This document shows positions 26,503-36,898 of a stretch of DNA of 64,000 nt, piece after piece (position 1 is the first letter of the stretch; each line of letters begins with the position of its first letter). The translations under genes and the position numbers were made by a program. This DNA is from Dehalococcoidia bacterium. Lineage in GTDB: Bacteria > Chloroflexota > Dehalococcoidia > Lucifugimonadales > UBA1123. The notes beneath the pieces were generated by a model, which worked only from the letters and a program-made list of their open reading frames with translations, ran no database searches and was not told the origin of the DNA. The stretch is from the NCBI GenBank assembly GCA_965208795.1, contig CBDBPQ010000002.1, positions 1,014,770 to 1,078,769 of the forward strand, given 5' to 3'.

Positions 26503-27516
26503 TTAGTCGAGAGTCGGCAGGGCCAGCGCCATGCTCTCTATGACAAGGCGTGGGGTTACGTTGCGCCGAAGGAGGAACTCGGCGCGCCGGACGGCTTTGA
26601 TGGCAGCCACTACGGATTCTGCGGGCAGCCGGTCGGCTGCGGCGGAGACGGATTCGAGTCGAGCGACGTTTGCCACCAGCTCCGTCCTGTTCTGCCCGGC
26701 GAGCAGCGCGTCGCGCCACCAGGATTGCCACAGGTCGAGCTCGTCGTACACGGATTCGCGGTCCGCGGAGAAGCGGCCGGCGAGTCTTTCGGCGTAGTCG
26801 AAGCGGTCGGCCAGGGCGCTGGCGATCACCGTCTCTATGCCGTCCAGCGTCTCGGCGACACGTTCGAGAAGGCGCGGGTCTTCGGCGGCGTTGACCGCCC
26901 ATCCTATGCGTCCGGCGGCCAGGCCCGCGATCTCCCGGGCGTCGTCCGGGAGTACCGCTTTGCGTTCGGTCAGGAAGCGGGCGATGACGGACGCCGGCAG
27001 CGGCCCAAGCCGCAACTGGCGACAGCGCGACAGAATGGTCGGCAGTACAGAGGCGGAGTCCGATGCGAGCAGCAGTATCAAGACCCGATCGGGCGGCTCT
27101 TCGAGTGTCTTGAGCAGGCTGTTGGCGGCCTCTTCGCTGAAGAGCTCGGCGGACTCGAATATGACGACGCGAGACGCGCCCTCGTATGGCAGCAGGGTCA
27201 GCTCGCGCTGCACGTCGCGCACCTGCTCGATGCTTATCAGCGTCCGCAGCCGACCGGAACGCGCCGTCTCCAAGCCCACGACGCGGATGTCCGGGTGTAT
27301 CCCCGATGCGATGCGCCGGCACTGGCCGCACGCGCCGCACGGCGGGATGTCATCGCCCGACGGGACGCAGTTGACGGCGCGCGCGAGGTCGAGGGCGAGC
27401 GTGGTCTTGCCCACTCGCGCCGACCCGGCGATGAGCCACGAGTGGGCGACGCGCCCCTCGGCGATGGAACGCTGGATAGTTTGGACAGCGGTGTCGTGTC
27501 CGTAGGTTTGCCACAT
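26503..27516 (-). CDS. holB: DNA polymerase III delta-prime subunit
   Basis: GRVAHSWLIAGSARVGKTTLALDLARAVNC...CGACGQCRRI, VVIFESAELFSEEAANSLLKTLEEPP. Start taken at MWQTYGH because the upstream part of the ORF runs into a family-1 repeat. Confidence 0.85.
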   Translation of the reverse strand: MWQTYGHDTAVQTIQRSIAEGRVAHSWLIAGSARVGKTTLALDLARAVNCVPSGDDIPPCGACGQCRRIASGIHPDIRVVGLETARSGRLRTLISIEQVRDVQRELTLLPYEGASRVVIFESAELFSEEAANSLLKTLEEPPDRVLILLLASDSASVLPTILSRCRQLRLGPLPASVIARFLTERKAVLPDDAREIAGLAAGRIGWAVNAAEDPRLLERVAETLDGIETVIASALADRFDYAERLAGRFSADRESVYDELDLWQSWWRDALLAGQNRTELVANVARLESVSAAADRLPAESVVAAIKAVRRAEFLLRRNVTPRLVIESMALALPTLD

Positions 27517-27540
27517 AAGCCAAGTATAGAGGACGGGTTT

Positions 27541-27625
27541 TTCAACGCAAAGGCGCAGAGGGCGCAAAGAGAATACTTCTAACCTAACCCTTTGCGTCTC
27601 TGCGTCTTTGCGCCTTTGCGTTGAA
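27541..27625. repeat. Intergenic palindromic repeat family 1 copy
   Basis: TTCAACGCAAAGGCGCAgagggcgcaaag...ctttgcgtctctgcgtctTTGCGCCTTTGCGTTGAA; 17-bp perfect arms. Confidence 0.85.
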
Positions 27626-27642
27626 ATGGGTGGGCAGGGGGC

Positions 27643-28500
27643 TTAGCTCGCCCGCCAATAGCGGCGGCCCTCGGCGCGGACGATATGGCCGAAGCCGGGC
27701 TTGGGGAAGTGGCAGGATACGACGGTCGCGCCGTTCACCTCCAGTTGGTCGAGCATCTTGCGGCGGGTGGAGATCGCGGGCTCGGTGTCGGCGTCGAACA
27801 GCGGAGTCCAGTGAGTTTCGGTTATCTGCGCGGGGTGGATCAGGACGTCTCCCTGTATCAGCGCGCGCGAGCCGCCGGACGACACCATAACGCTCATGTG
27901 TCCCGGCGTATGGCCGGGCGTGTGGATGGCGCGAACCTCGTCCGTGAGATTGGCGTCTCCGTCCAACCCCTCCAGCACGCCGGCGTCGGCGAGTGGCTCT
28001 ACGTAGGCGTCCATGTATGGGAGACGCGACTCTGCCTGAACCTCCGGCCTGCGGAAGTAGTCTAAGTCGGCTTGGTGGACCATGTATCGCGCGTTGGGAA
28101 ACGCCGGGGCGTAGGCTCCGTCTCGCTCCGTCGTGTTCCAGCCGACGTGATCGAGATGCAGGTGGGACAGGAATACGATGTCCACGTCCGACGGAGCGAC
28201 CCTTTGCGAGGCCAGATCCGCCATCAACTCGCCACGAACGCCGCCCAAGTACTCGAACGGGCCAGGGCCGTAGCCGGTGTCTATCAGGATGGTCGTTCCC
28301 TGCGAGCGGACCAGATAGCAGCCGATTTCCAGGCGCATGTGGTCGCCCGAGAAGGTGTCCGGGTACAATTCCCGGTACGGTTCCCAAGCGTCCGGGGGGA
28401 CACCGGGCCAAAGCTCGGCAATGGGCGTGGGATAGGCTACGTTCATGTCCGTAAGGGCGACGATCCGGGCATTGCCGACGGTCATGTCGAGGTCGCTCAT
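27643..28500 (-). CDS. MBL-fold metallo-hydrolase
   Basis: VFLSHLHLDHVGW (HxHxDH) plus downstream His/Asp ligands (HTPGHTPGH). Confidence 0.85.
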   Translation of the reverse strand: MSDLDMTVGNARIVALTDMNVAYPTPIAELWPGVPPDAWEPYRELYPDTFSGDHMRLEIGCYLVRSQGTTILIDTGYGPGPFEYLGGVRGELMADLASQRVAPSDVDIVFLSHLHLDHVGWNTTERDGAYAPAFPNARYMVHQADLDYFRRPEVQAESRLPYMDAYVEPLADAGVLEGLDGDANLTDEVRAIHTPGHTPGHMSVMVSSGGSRALIQGDVLIHPAQITETHWTPLFDADTEPAISTRRKMLDQLEVNGATVVSCHFPKPGFGHIVRAEGRRYWRAS

Positions 28501-28521
28501 GAGTTTTCTCCCTATGTGGCC

Positions 28522-30165
28522 CTATGTGGATACCAAGCCGTTGCGTACGTCGCGCTCCAACAGCGCGGGATCGCGCTCGGCGGGATCGCCCGCGCCCGCG
28601 CCGCTGGGGAATTCGAGTATGAGGCGGTCATCGACGTCGTAGAGCGTTACGGAGCCTTTGGTCATGGACGCGGGATCGTCGCTCAGCGTCTCGCCGTTGA
28701 CGATGACCTCCGTCTTGGTACCCGCCTCGCCACCGAAGATGCCCTGCGGGGCGAACGATAGCCGGTTGGGGTGGAAATAGACGTTGAGCGGGTCCGGATG
28801 CGACGGCAGCTTGCCGACGGTCAGCCGCTGTCCGGGGCTGCCGCGGAGCTTGCCCGCGCCCGCGGAGTCGGTCATAAGCTCCTTGCCTACGATGAGCGTC
28901 GGGCTGTTGACTTCGAACACTTCCACCGGCACGTTGGACGCGCTGGACGGGAACATGTTCAGGCCCATGCCGTCGGAACGGCTGGTCGCGCCCCGTCCGC
29001 CGCCGCAGAACAGGTGGGCGTTGAACACGCGCCCATCGGCCTCCGTCCCGTAGGTTCGGATGGACGACATCAGCCCGTTGCCGGACTGGATGCGGTCCGG
29101 CACTGCGTCGGCGAGCGCGCCGAAGATGCAGCCGTGTATGTACCAACCCGTGTTGGTGCGCGAACCGACGGATACGGGGAAGGTGCAGTTGATGATGGAT
29201 CCCTCAGGCGCGGTGACGGTTATCGGCTCGAAACAGCCCTCGTTCACGGGCACGTCCGGAGTCAGCAGGCAGGCGAGCGGGTAGTAGGTGTGGCCCTGCG
29301 AGTAGATCATCGTGCAGTTGAGGCCGCCGCGGTCTATCTGCGGCGCAGAGCCGTCGTAGTCCACGAGCATCTCATCGCCGCGAATCTCGATGCGGACGCG
29401 AATCGGCAGCGGGTCGCCCATGCCGTCGGTGAACACTTCGTTGGCGTACACGCCATCCGGCAGGTCCGCGATGGCGCGACGCATGGCGGCTTCGGAGCGT
29501 CCGCGTATCGCCTCGGAGAGCGCGGCGAGGTCTTCCAGCATGTACTCGTCCAGAAAGTCTCGGATGCGTCGCGCGCCGACCTGGTTGGCGGCGACCTGCG
29601 CCTCGATGTCGGTCAGCACCATGTCGGGGCCGCGCACGTTCCAGCGGAACATGTCGAAGACCAGTTCATTCGGCTCGCCCTTGTCGTACAGCTTGCACAG
29701 GGGGAAGAAAATGCCCTCCTCGTAGGAGTCGGTTACGGCCTTGGCGTCGAGGTTGCCGCCTATGTCGGAGGTGTTGGCGATGTTTCCGACGAAACCGACG
29801 AAGCGACCCTGGTAGAATACGGGGGTGACGATGGCGATGTCGGGCAGGTGTCCGGCGCACATCCAGGGGTCGTTGGTCATGTACACGTCGCCCGGATGCA
29901 TAGATTCGACAGGGTATTTCTTCAGTATCTCCTTGGTGACGTTGGGCATGGTCATGTTGAAGACGGGCATGGAGCGGTAGGCGTGGGCGATGGATCTGCC
30001 TTCGGCGTCCAAGACTTCGCAGCCGAAGTCGTTAGCGGAGGCGATGATCGTGGAAACCGCAGTCCGCAGAATGGTTGACCACATCTCTTCAGCCACGTTG
30101 AGCATTCTGCTCCACATGATTTCTAGCGATACGGGGTCAAAGTCGTGGTGGTTGGAGCTGGTCAT
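28522..30165 (-). CDS. Hydantoinase B/oxoprolinase family protein
   Basis: DPVSLEIMWSRMLNVAEEMWSTILRTAVSTIIASANDFGCEVLD... is a typical HyuB N-terminus. Length 547 aa. Confidence 0.9.
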   Translation of the reverse strand: MTSSNHHDFDPVSLEIMWSRMLNVAEEMWSTILRTAVSTIIASANDFGCEVLDAEGRSIAHAYRSMPVFNMTMPNVTKEILKKYPVESMHPGDVYMTNDPWMCAGHLPDIAIVTPVFYQGRFVGFVGNIANTSDIGGNLDAKAVTDSYEEGIFFPLCKLYDKGEPNELVFDMFRWNVRGPDMVLTDIEAQVAANQVGARRIRDFLDEYMLEDLAALSEAIRGRSEAAMRRAIADLPDGVYANEVFTDGMGDPLPIRVRIEIRGDEMLVDYDGSAPQIDRGGLNCTMIYSQGHTYYPLACLLTPDVPVNEGCFEPITVTAPEGSIINCTFPVSVGSRTNTGWYIHGCIFGALADAVPDRIQSGNGLMSSIRTYGTEADGRVFNAHLFCGGGRGATSRSDGMGLNMFPSSASNVPVEVFEVNSPTLIVGKELMTDSAGAGKLRGSPGQRLTVGKLPSHPDPLNVYFHPNRLSFAPQGIFGGEAGTKTEVIVNGETLSDDPASMTKGSVTLYDVDDRLILEFPSGAGAGDPAERDPALLERDVRNGLVST

Positions 30166-30221
30166 CGGAGGTCGTCTCCCTTAGGCATTGAAATTGGCTC
30201 GGCTGCGCTTTCGGCAGTTTA

Positions 30222-31295
30222 TCACACCTTGTCCTGTTGAGATGGGGGCGGCTGAGAGGGGCGCGCCCGGCCGGGGGCGCGGGTCTGGAAGAAGACCAGG
30301 ATGTTGGCGACGACGATGATAACGGCGCCCATCAGCAAGAGTGGCAGGTTGACATCGCCGACGTGTCCGAACAGTATCAGTATGCCCAGCGACAGCGGGG
30401 GCGCGAAGTGGGATATGACGTTCACGCCCAGACGCTCGGTCATGAGGTTGCCTATGCGCCAGGTTGTGGACGCCGTCGTATCCACGAGAGCGACGAGGGT
30501 AACGGCCAAGGTCAGCGGGACGGCGGCGGCTACGATGGATTCGTCCCGGACGAGTCCGACTGCCGCCATGAACGGCGCGGCTATCAGGTTAGTGATGGCG
30601 AATCCGAGGAATACTCCGAAAAGTTCCAGCGATCTTTCGGAGCGTCCGGCGACGGACGGCAACTCGTTGGCGAAATCCACCGCCCATCTGAAGCCGTACG
30701 CGCTCAGCGCCGCAAGCCCGGCGGCGGCGAACGCCAGCAGTATGCCGATCGCGAAGCGGAGGTCCAGGGCGGAGCCGTCGCCAAATGCGGCGTTCCACGC
30801 TCCGGATTGGCTCATCACTACCACGCCGGCGCCAAATGCGGCGAGCGCGAACGCGAGATAAACCCCGCCGCCGACCGCGCGGTATCTGGCTTCGGCTCTG
30901 AACAGGTTGCCGATGATGACGACCAATAGCACGTGCCACGTCTGAAATAGCGCGGTGGTGACGGCGACTCCCACCAGACCGGCGGACCACGCGAAAAGCG
31001 CGTAGTTCCACTGCGCCGCAGCCCATAGGAACATCGTCCGGCTGCGAGAGCGCCGCAGCGCGAGCCTCCACACTCTCCCATCCAGGAACAGCTTGCGGTA
31101 GGCGACTATCATCGCCGCCACGAGAAGCGCGACTCGCCCGATTTCGAGCGCCGCGGCGAAGAAGAACGGGCTGTCTGTACCGACCAGCGCGATGAGCAGC
31201 GGCAGTGTCGAGAACAGCAGCGTGGACAGCGCCATCAGCCCGGCGGCTCTCGTGGTGGCTGAGAGAGTGATCATAGTCGCTGTATTGCCGGCCAT
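30222..31295 (-). CDS. Polytopic (about 10-TM) membrane protein, possibly a DMT/EamA-like transporter
   Basis: Hydrophobic helices throughout. Located between the hyuB-like and hyuA-like genes. Confidence 0.55.
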   Translation of the reverse strand: MAGNTATMITLSATTRAAGLMALSTLLFSTLPLLIALVGTDSPFFFAAALEIGRVALLVAAMIVAYRKLFLDGRVWRLALRRSRSRTMFLWAAAQWNYALFAWSAGLVGVAVTTALFQTWHVLLVVIIGNLFRAEARYRAVGGGVYLAFALAAFGAGVVVMSQSGAWNAAFGDGSALDLRFAIGILLAFAAAGLAALSAYGFRWAVDFANELPSVAGRSERSLELFGVFLGFAITNLIAAPFMAAVGLVRDESIVAAAVPLTLAVTLVALVDTTASTTWRIGNLMTERLGVNVISHFAPPLSLGILILFGHVGDVNLPLLLMGAVIIVVANILVFFQTRAPGRARPSQPPPSQQDKV

Positions 31296-31322
31296 GCCGA
31301 CGTAGGCTGCGCTCGCAGCCGG

Positions 31323-33407
31323 CTATGCTGGCGAAAGGTCTATGAGCAGGTTCTGCCAGGAATCTACGGTCGCGCGTTCGGCGGGTCGTATGATGGTGGT
31401 GGCCTCCGCCTCTTCGATGATGGCTGGGCCGTCGAAGGCGGCTCCGGCCGGCAGCCGGTATCGGTCGTACACAGGAGTTTCGACGAAACCTGCGGCGGGG
31501 AAGTACGCTCGACGCGCGCCGGTGACGGCGTCCGAAGCCGTACCGTCGCCGTTAGACGACTGCTCGCGCAGTCGAAGGTCGGGCCGGGGGCCGCTGACGT
31601 GAACTCGCCAGTTCTGCACCTCGATGGGCAAGCTCAGGTTGCGGCGGCTGTACAACTGCTGGTAGATGGCGTGGAAGTCGGCCTCTATCGCTTCGATCTT
31701 GGATGCGGACAGTTCGTCGTCTGGGATCGGGACGTTGATTTCGTGAATCTGTCCGACGAGGCGCATATCAGCCGAGCGGCTGACGCGCACGTCCTCTGCG
31801 GGCACGCCGGCGGAGACGAGCATATCGCGTCCCCAGCTCTCCATCTCCGCCAGGGCGCCGTTGACGGCGTTCCAGTCCGCCCTTTCGAGCAGGCCGGGGT
31901 CTGAGCGGACGCTCTCGAAAGACAGCGGCGCGGCGAGACAGCCAAGCGCGGAGGTTACGCCCGCTCCAAGCGGCACGACCACACGAGACGCGCCCAGGAT
32001 GCGCGCGACTTCGCAGGCGTGCGCCGGGCCTGCGCCTCCAAAGGCGACGATGGCGTAGCGGCGGGGGTCTTTGTTGCGACCGATTATGTGGATGCGGGCG
32101 GCAGCGGCCATGCTCTCGGTAACGACGCTGTACACGCCCCAAGCGGCTTCTACCGCGCTCATGCCGAGCTGGGCGCCGAGTTCCGTCATAACGCGCTCGG
32201 CGGCGGCGGTGTCGAGCGTCATCCGCCCGCCGAGGAAGTAGTCCGGGTTCAGGTAGCCGAGCGTGAGGTTGGCGTCGGTAACCGTTGGCTGGCCACCGCC
32301 AAGCCCGTAGCAGGCGGGGCCCGGGCTCGCTCCCGCGCTCTGCGGGCCTACGCGGAGCAGGTCCAACCCATCGAGCCAAGCGATGCTGCCGCCGCCCGAT
32401 CCAATCTCTATCAGATCGAGGACGGGTATGAGGATGGGCAATCCGCTGCCTATCTTGAATCTGTGGACGCGGGCGATCTCTATGGAGTTCGTGCGGCTCG
32501 GCGCGCCGTCTTCGATTACGCAGGTCTTGGCGGTGGTTCCTCCCATGTCGAGCGAGATCAGGTCCGGCTCTCCGAGCAGGCGGCTGTAAAAGCCCGCCGC
32601 GAGCGCGCCGGCGGCGGGACCGGATTCCAACATTCGCACAGGTCTGTCGCGCGCGGCGTCGGCGTCCATCACGCCGCCAGCGGAGTGCATCACCAGCAGG
32701 CGACCGCCGTAACCCTCGTCGGCGAGTTCGCGCTCTACTCCATGCAGGTAGTTGGACACGGACGGCTTTACGTAGCCGTCGGCGACGGTGGTCGAGGCGC
32801 GTTCGTACTCGTTGATGACGGGGGCGACTTCGGATGAGAGCGACAGGCTCAGGTCGGGACGCCGCTGTCGGATGCGGTCGGCGAGCGCGCGTTCGTGGGC
32901 GGGGTTGCGGTAGGCGTGCAGCAGCGATATGGCGATCGCCTGGACGCCTTGCTCTACGAGCGCATCCACCAGTTCGGCTGCGTGATCGACGTCTATCGGC
33001 TCCAGCGTCCGGCCGTCGCGGTCTATGCGTTCGTTCACCTCGGCGCGCAGGTATCTCGGCGCGAGCGGTTCCGGGAACTGCGCGTGGAGGTCGTGCATAT
33101 CGTAGATCTGCTCGCGGCCCATTTCGAGGACGTCCCGGAAGCCGCGCGTGGTGAGCAGCGCGGTCTCAGCGCCCTTGCGTTCGATGATGGCGTTGGTAGC
33201 CAGCGTCGTGCTGTGGACTACCAGGCGCAGCGACTCGGGCGCGGCGCCGGTGTCGCGCAGCAGTTCGCGGACGCCCCGTATGAGCGCGCGGGACGGGTCT
33301 TCGGGATCCGTCAGAACCTTGTGGACGTGGAGGCTGCCGGTTTCGGCGTCGTAGAGGGTAAAGTCGGTGAAGGTGCCGCCGATGTCTATGCTGAGGGAAT
33401 GTTGCAA
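31323..33407 (-). CDS. Hydantoinase A/oxoprolinase family protein
   Basis: SLSIDIGGTFTDFTLYD... Start taken at TTG 33407 with GGAG 7 nt upstream. The 105-aa Arg/Pro-rich ORF extension overlaps the upstream gene and was rejected. Confidence 0.85.
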   Translation of the reverse strand: MQHSLSIDIGGTFTDFTLYDAETGSLHVHKVLTDPEDPSRALIRGVRELLRDTGAAPESLRLVVHSTTLATNAIIERKGAETALLTTRGFRDVLEMGREQIYDMHDLHAQFPEPLAPRYLRAEVNERIDRDGRTLEPIDVDHAAELVDALVEQGVQAIAISLLHAYRNPAHERALADRIRQRRPDLSLSLSSEVAPVINEYERASTTVADGYVKPSVSNYLHGVERELADEGYGGRLLVMHSAGGVMDADAARDRPVRMLESGPAAGALAAGFYSRLLGEPDLISLDMGGTTAKTCVIEDGAPSRTNSIEIARVHRFKIGSGLPILIPVLDLIEIGSGGGSIAWLDGLDLLRVGPQSAGASPGPACYGLGGGQPTVTDANLTLGYLNPDYFLGGRMTLDTAAAERVMTELGAQLGMSAVEAAWGVYSVVTESMAAAARIHIIGRNKDPRRYAIVAFGGAGPAHACEVARILGASRVVVPLGAGVTSALGCLAAPLSFESVRSDPGLLERADWNAVNGALAEMESWGRDMLVSAGVPAEDVRVSRSADMRLVGQIHEINVPIPDDELSASKIEAIEADFHAIYQQLYSRRNLSLPIEVQNWRVHVSGPRPDLRLREQSSNGDGTASDAVTGARRAYFPAAGFVETPVYDRYRLPAGAAFDGPAIIEEAEATTIIRPAERATVDSWQNLLIDLSPA

Positions 33408-33430
33408 GGGTGTCTCCAAGTACGTCTCGA

Positions 33431-34603
33431 CTATCTCACGGCTCGCTCTTCGTACACGCGATGGGCGCGGTCTATGGCGGCTACCCGGCCGCGGACGAGG
33501 TCTTCCTGGCGCCCTCGCGCCCAATTGTTGGAGCCTTCGATGCCGGCGAGGGATCCCTGGAACTGCGGCATTACGTAGCGGGCGAGGAGTTCGTAGCTGT
33601 TGAGGATGCGATCGCGCGGCGCCCAGTCTATGGTCTGAACGAGCAGGCCGCCGAAGCCGCCGCTCTGCTCCTCGAGGCGGCGGATACCAGCGACGCAGTC
33701 GTCGGGCGTACCGATTATCCATGAGCCGGTCTCAGCCATGTGGTCTATGACTTCTTCGAGCGGGCCGTCGAAGGCGGCCTTGCGTCCGTTCGTCTCCTCG
33801 GTGTATTCACGCAGGAAGCGTCCCGCGCCAAGGCGCGCCTCGTCGAACGCCTGCTGGCGATCCTCGGCAAGGTGTATGGGGATGGTGAGCCGCCAATCGA
33901 AGCGGTCAACCTTCTGTCCGTGCTCGGCGGCCGACTCTTCGGCGATGTCCCACAGTCCTCGCAGGTTGGACTGGCCTGTGGACGGATCTCGCGGAACGGT
34001 GATGGTCAACACGGACGCTCCGTACTTGCCCGCGAGGGCTACTCCGGCGGGCGACTGCACGGAGGCGACTGCGATGGGCATGTGCGGCTTCTGGAACGGA
34101 CGGATCTGGAGCATCGCTTCGTTCAGCTCGAACCAGTCGCTCTTGTAGGTTAGCGGCTCCGTCTCGGTGAACAGGCGCAGGATGATGCCGAGAGCCTCGT
34201 CCATCTTCTCGCGCTGGGTGGTGGCGTCTATGCCCATCATGTAGGCGTCGCCAGGCAGCGCGCCCGGGCCTACGCCGAACATCACGCGCCCGTGAGTCAT
34301 GTGGTCGAGCTGCGTCATGCGGTTGGCGACCATCAGCGGGTGATGGTACGGCAGGCTGACTACGCCGGTGCCGAGCTTTATGTGCCGGGTCCGGTCTGCA
34401 GCGACGCCGATGAAGATTTCGGGAGACGAGATTATCTCCCAGCCGGCGGAGTGGTGTTCGCCGATCCACGCCTCGTCGTAGCCGAGGTAGTCCAGCCACT
34501 GGATGAGCTCCAGATCGCGGTCCATGGCGAGGGTCGGGTTCTCTCCGACGCGGTGGAAGGGACCGAGGAAGATGCCGAATTTCATTCTTTCAGGGAGCGC
34601 CAT
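33431..34603 (-). CDS. LLM-class (luciferase-like) flavin-dependent monooxygenase
   Basis: MKFGIFLGPFH...YDEAWIGEHHS... Confidence 0.85.
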   Translation of the reverse strand: MALPERMKFGIFLGPFHRVGENPTLAMDRDLELIQWLDYLGYDEAWIGEHHSAGWEIISSPEIFIGVAADRTRHIKLGTGVVSLPYHHPLMVANRMTQLDHMTHGRVMFGVGPGALPGDAYMMGIDATTQREKMDEALGIILRLFTETEPLTYKSDWFELNEAMLQIRPFQKPHMPIAVASVQSPAGVALAGKYGASVLTITVPRDPSTGQSNLRGLWDIAEESAAEHGQKVDRFDWRLTIPIHLAEDRQQAFDEARLGAGRFLREYTEETNGRKAAFDGPLEEVIDHMAETGSWIIGTPDDCVAGIRRLEEQSGGFGGLLVQTIDWAPRDRILNSYELLARYVMPQFQGSLAGIEGSNNWARGRQEDLVRGRVAAIDRAHRVYEERAVR

Positions 34604-34621
34604 TTCGTCTCTCCTTGTACG

Positions 34622-35647
34622 TTAGTCGAAAGACACCGGGCGATAGACGCGGGCGGCCACGTCGTGGAACATGTCGGCGCGCTCGGACGCCGAGTAGCCG
34701 GACGACAGCCGTTTGAAGGCGTTGTACATGACGTTGTACGAGAACGATACCTTGTCCACCGGGAAGTTGCTCTCGAACATGCAGCGGTCCGGGCCGAACT
34801 GTTCGATGCAGTAGTGCATGAAGGGCGCCATCGCCTCAGCCAGTTCCTCCGAGCCTATGGGGGTGTCGCGCTCGTGCCATCCGAAACCAGTTTGCGGCAT
34901 CCCCAGCCCGCCGAGCTTGACGACCACGTTCGGACATTCGGCGACGGCCGCGATGCCGGCGCGCCACGCGGGGACAGTCTCGTCGTTCGCGTATGGCCCC
35001 ACGCGCAGCAGCCCGCCGACGTGGTTCAGGATGATGGTCAGATCGGGAACCGCCTTAGCGAAGTCGGCCAGCTCCGTCATCTGCGGGAAGTACAGCCAAC
35101 TCTCCAGCGACATTCCCATGTCCGCCAAGACGCGGGCGCCGGCGCGGAAGTCGTCGCTTGCCATCTGGCCGGGGATTCGGTAGGCCGATGTTATCTGTAT
35201 ATCGGGGTGCGGATCCCACGTTACGGAGTGTCGGATGCCGCGGAACCTGTTGGGGCTTGCGGCTTGCAGCGCTTCGAGAACCGGCTCTACGGCGTCGCCC
35301 AAGTTCAGGTTGGCGTGACCTACTATGGCAGCCGCCGCACGGGTGGGTCCGTACAGCCCATTCTCGCTCGCAGCCGCCAAGCCCTGCACGAACTCCACTT
35401 CGCCGACGGGCTTCATCTCGTCCGGGCCGCTGGACCTGTACATCGCGCGCGCCTCGACGAACACGGTGGAGCGGACGTTGTGGCCGCTGTTCACGTCGTC
35501 TGCGAGTTCGTGCAGCAGGTATCGCTGGTAGGGGATGCGTTCGGTTCGCATATCCCAAAAGTGGTGGTGCGGGTCGCAAATCGGCAAGTCGGGTTCCAGC
35601 GTCTCCTCCTGAGTCAACGCGAGCCAGTCATTTCCTCCGAACGGCAT
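34622..35647 (-). CDS. Amidohydrolase-2 family metal-dependent hydrolase
   Basis: ICDPHHHFWD metal motif. Start at ATG 35647 with GGGAGG upstream. Confidence 0.8.
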   Translation of the reverse strand: MPFGGNDWLALTQEETLEPDLPICDPHHHFWDMRTERIPYQRYLLHELADDVNSGHNVRSTVFVEARAMYRSSGPDEMKPVGEVEFVQGLAAASENGLYGPTRAAAAIVGHANLNLGDAVEPVLEALQAASPNRFRGIRHSVTWDPHPDIQITSAYRIPGQMASDDFRAGARVLADMGMSLESWLYFPQMTELADFAKAVPDLTIILNHVGGLLRVGPYANDETVPAWRAGIAAVAECPNVVVKLGGLGMPQTGFGWHERDTPIGSEELAEAMAPFMHYCIEQFGPDRCMFESNFPVDKVSFSYNVMYNAFKRLSSGYSASERADMFHDVAARVYRPVSFD

Positions 35648-35759
35648 GGGTGGTACCTCCCCAAATTGGTGTAGCGGCGCAATCATAGCACAGTGTAGGC
35701 TGGGTGAGGAGATAGGAGATAGATTTAGGGGTTAGATACCGAGTAAGGAGAGGGCGCTG

Positions 35760-36839
35760 ATGGCGATCGAGTTTCTGAGCAACGAGGAGATAGTGCAGCG
35801 CGCGCGCAAGAATCTGGAGCAGGGCGCGTGGGACTACCTGACCGGCGCGTCGGAGTCGGAGACTACGATGCGACGCAACCGGCTGGCGTTCGACCGCGTG
35901 GCGTTCCGTCCCCGCGTGCTGGTGGACGTGTCGAGCGTGGATACATCCACGACGTTTCTGGGTCGGAAGCTGCGAATCCCGGCGCTGCTGGCGCCGATCG
36001 GCTCGCTGCAGGTCTTCCACCCGGACGCCGGCGCCGGCTCGACGCGGGCGGCGGCGGAGTTCGGCGCGATGCACGTGGTAAGCTCGGTAACGGAGCCGGG
36101 CCTGGAAGCCATCGCCGCCGCGGTTGACTACCCCAAGGTCTTCCAGCTTTACCTGCACGGCGACTGGTCGTGGATAGAAGAGCGCGTCGCGGCTATCAAG
36201 GAGGCGGGGTACATAGGACTGTGCATCACGGTCGATACGGCTAGTTACAGCCGCCGCGAGCGTCCGATGCTGACGCGCTGGAATCCGCCGACGCGGCGCG
36301 GCGCGAGGCCCGACCCGAGACACGCGGCGTCGGTTACCTGGGACACGGTCGATCGCATCAAGGAGCTTGCGGGACTGCCGTTCATGCTGAAGGGAATCGC
36401 CACAGCCGAGGACGCGAAGATAGCGATAGACCACGGTGTAGATGTGGTCTGGGTATCCAACCACGGCGGGAGACAGCTGGATCACGGCCAAGGCACGCTG
36501 GAGATGCTGCCGGAGATCGCGGAGGCGGTTGATGGAAGAGCGGAGATCGTTCTGGACGGCGGCGTGCAGCGCGGCACGGACATCGCCAAGGCGGTGGCCA
36601 TGGGCGCGAACGCGGTGGCGCTTGGCAAGCTGCAGGGCTGGGGGCTGGCGGCGAACGGGCCGGATGGGGTCGTGCGGATGCTGGAGATTCTGGAAGAAGA
36701 GCTGACTGTGGCGATGGCGCTGCTGGGAGTAACGGAGGTGTCGCAGCTAAACGGCAACTACCTGTGCGAGGCGGAGCCCGTGGTCGCGCCGCACGAGATG
36801 AGCTCGTGGACGAATATGCCTGAGGGACGGATAGGGTAA
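35760..36839 (+). CDS. FMN-dependent alpha-hydroxy-acid oxidase/dehydrogenase (LldD/glycolate-oxidase family)
   Basis: VWVSNHGGRQLD, ILDGGVQRGTDIAKAVAMGA. Confidence 0.9.
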   Translation: MAIEFLSNEEIVQRARKNLEQGAWDYLTGASESETTMRRNRLAFDRVAFRPRVLVDVSSVDTSTTFLGRKLRIPALLAPIGSLQVFHPDAGAGSTRAAAEFGAMHVVSSVTEPGLEAIAAAVDYPKVFQLYLHGDWSWIEERVAAIKEAGYIGLCITVDTASYSRRERPMLTRWNPPTRRGARPDPRHAASVTWDTVDRIKELAGLPFMLKGIATAEDAKIAIDHGVDVVWVSNHGGRQLDHGQGTLEMLPEIAEAVDGRAEIVLDGGVQRGTDIAKAVAMGANAVALGKLQGWGLAANGPDGVVRMLEILEEELTVAMALLGVTEVSQLNGNYLCEAEPVVAPHEMSSWTNMPEGRIG

Positions 36840-36898
36840 GATTGCAGCATCGGCTTCAGCGCCTGAGCAAAACTCGAGACACCGGAGGGAGGCATTCA

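Noticed and set aside
27517-27567. First 17 codons of the holB ORF
   Set aside because: They read through a family-1 palindromic repeat (27541..27625). The downstream ATG at 27516 is the more plausible start.
33408-33722. 105-aa N-terminal extension of the hydantoinase A ORF
   Set aside because: The extension is Arg/Pro-rich and overlaps the 3' end of the LLM monooxygenase gene. The conserved SLSIDIGGTFTDF N-terminus starts just after a TTG with a GGAG RBS at 33407.
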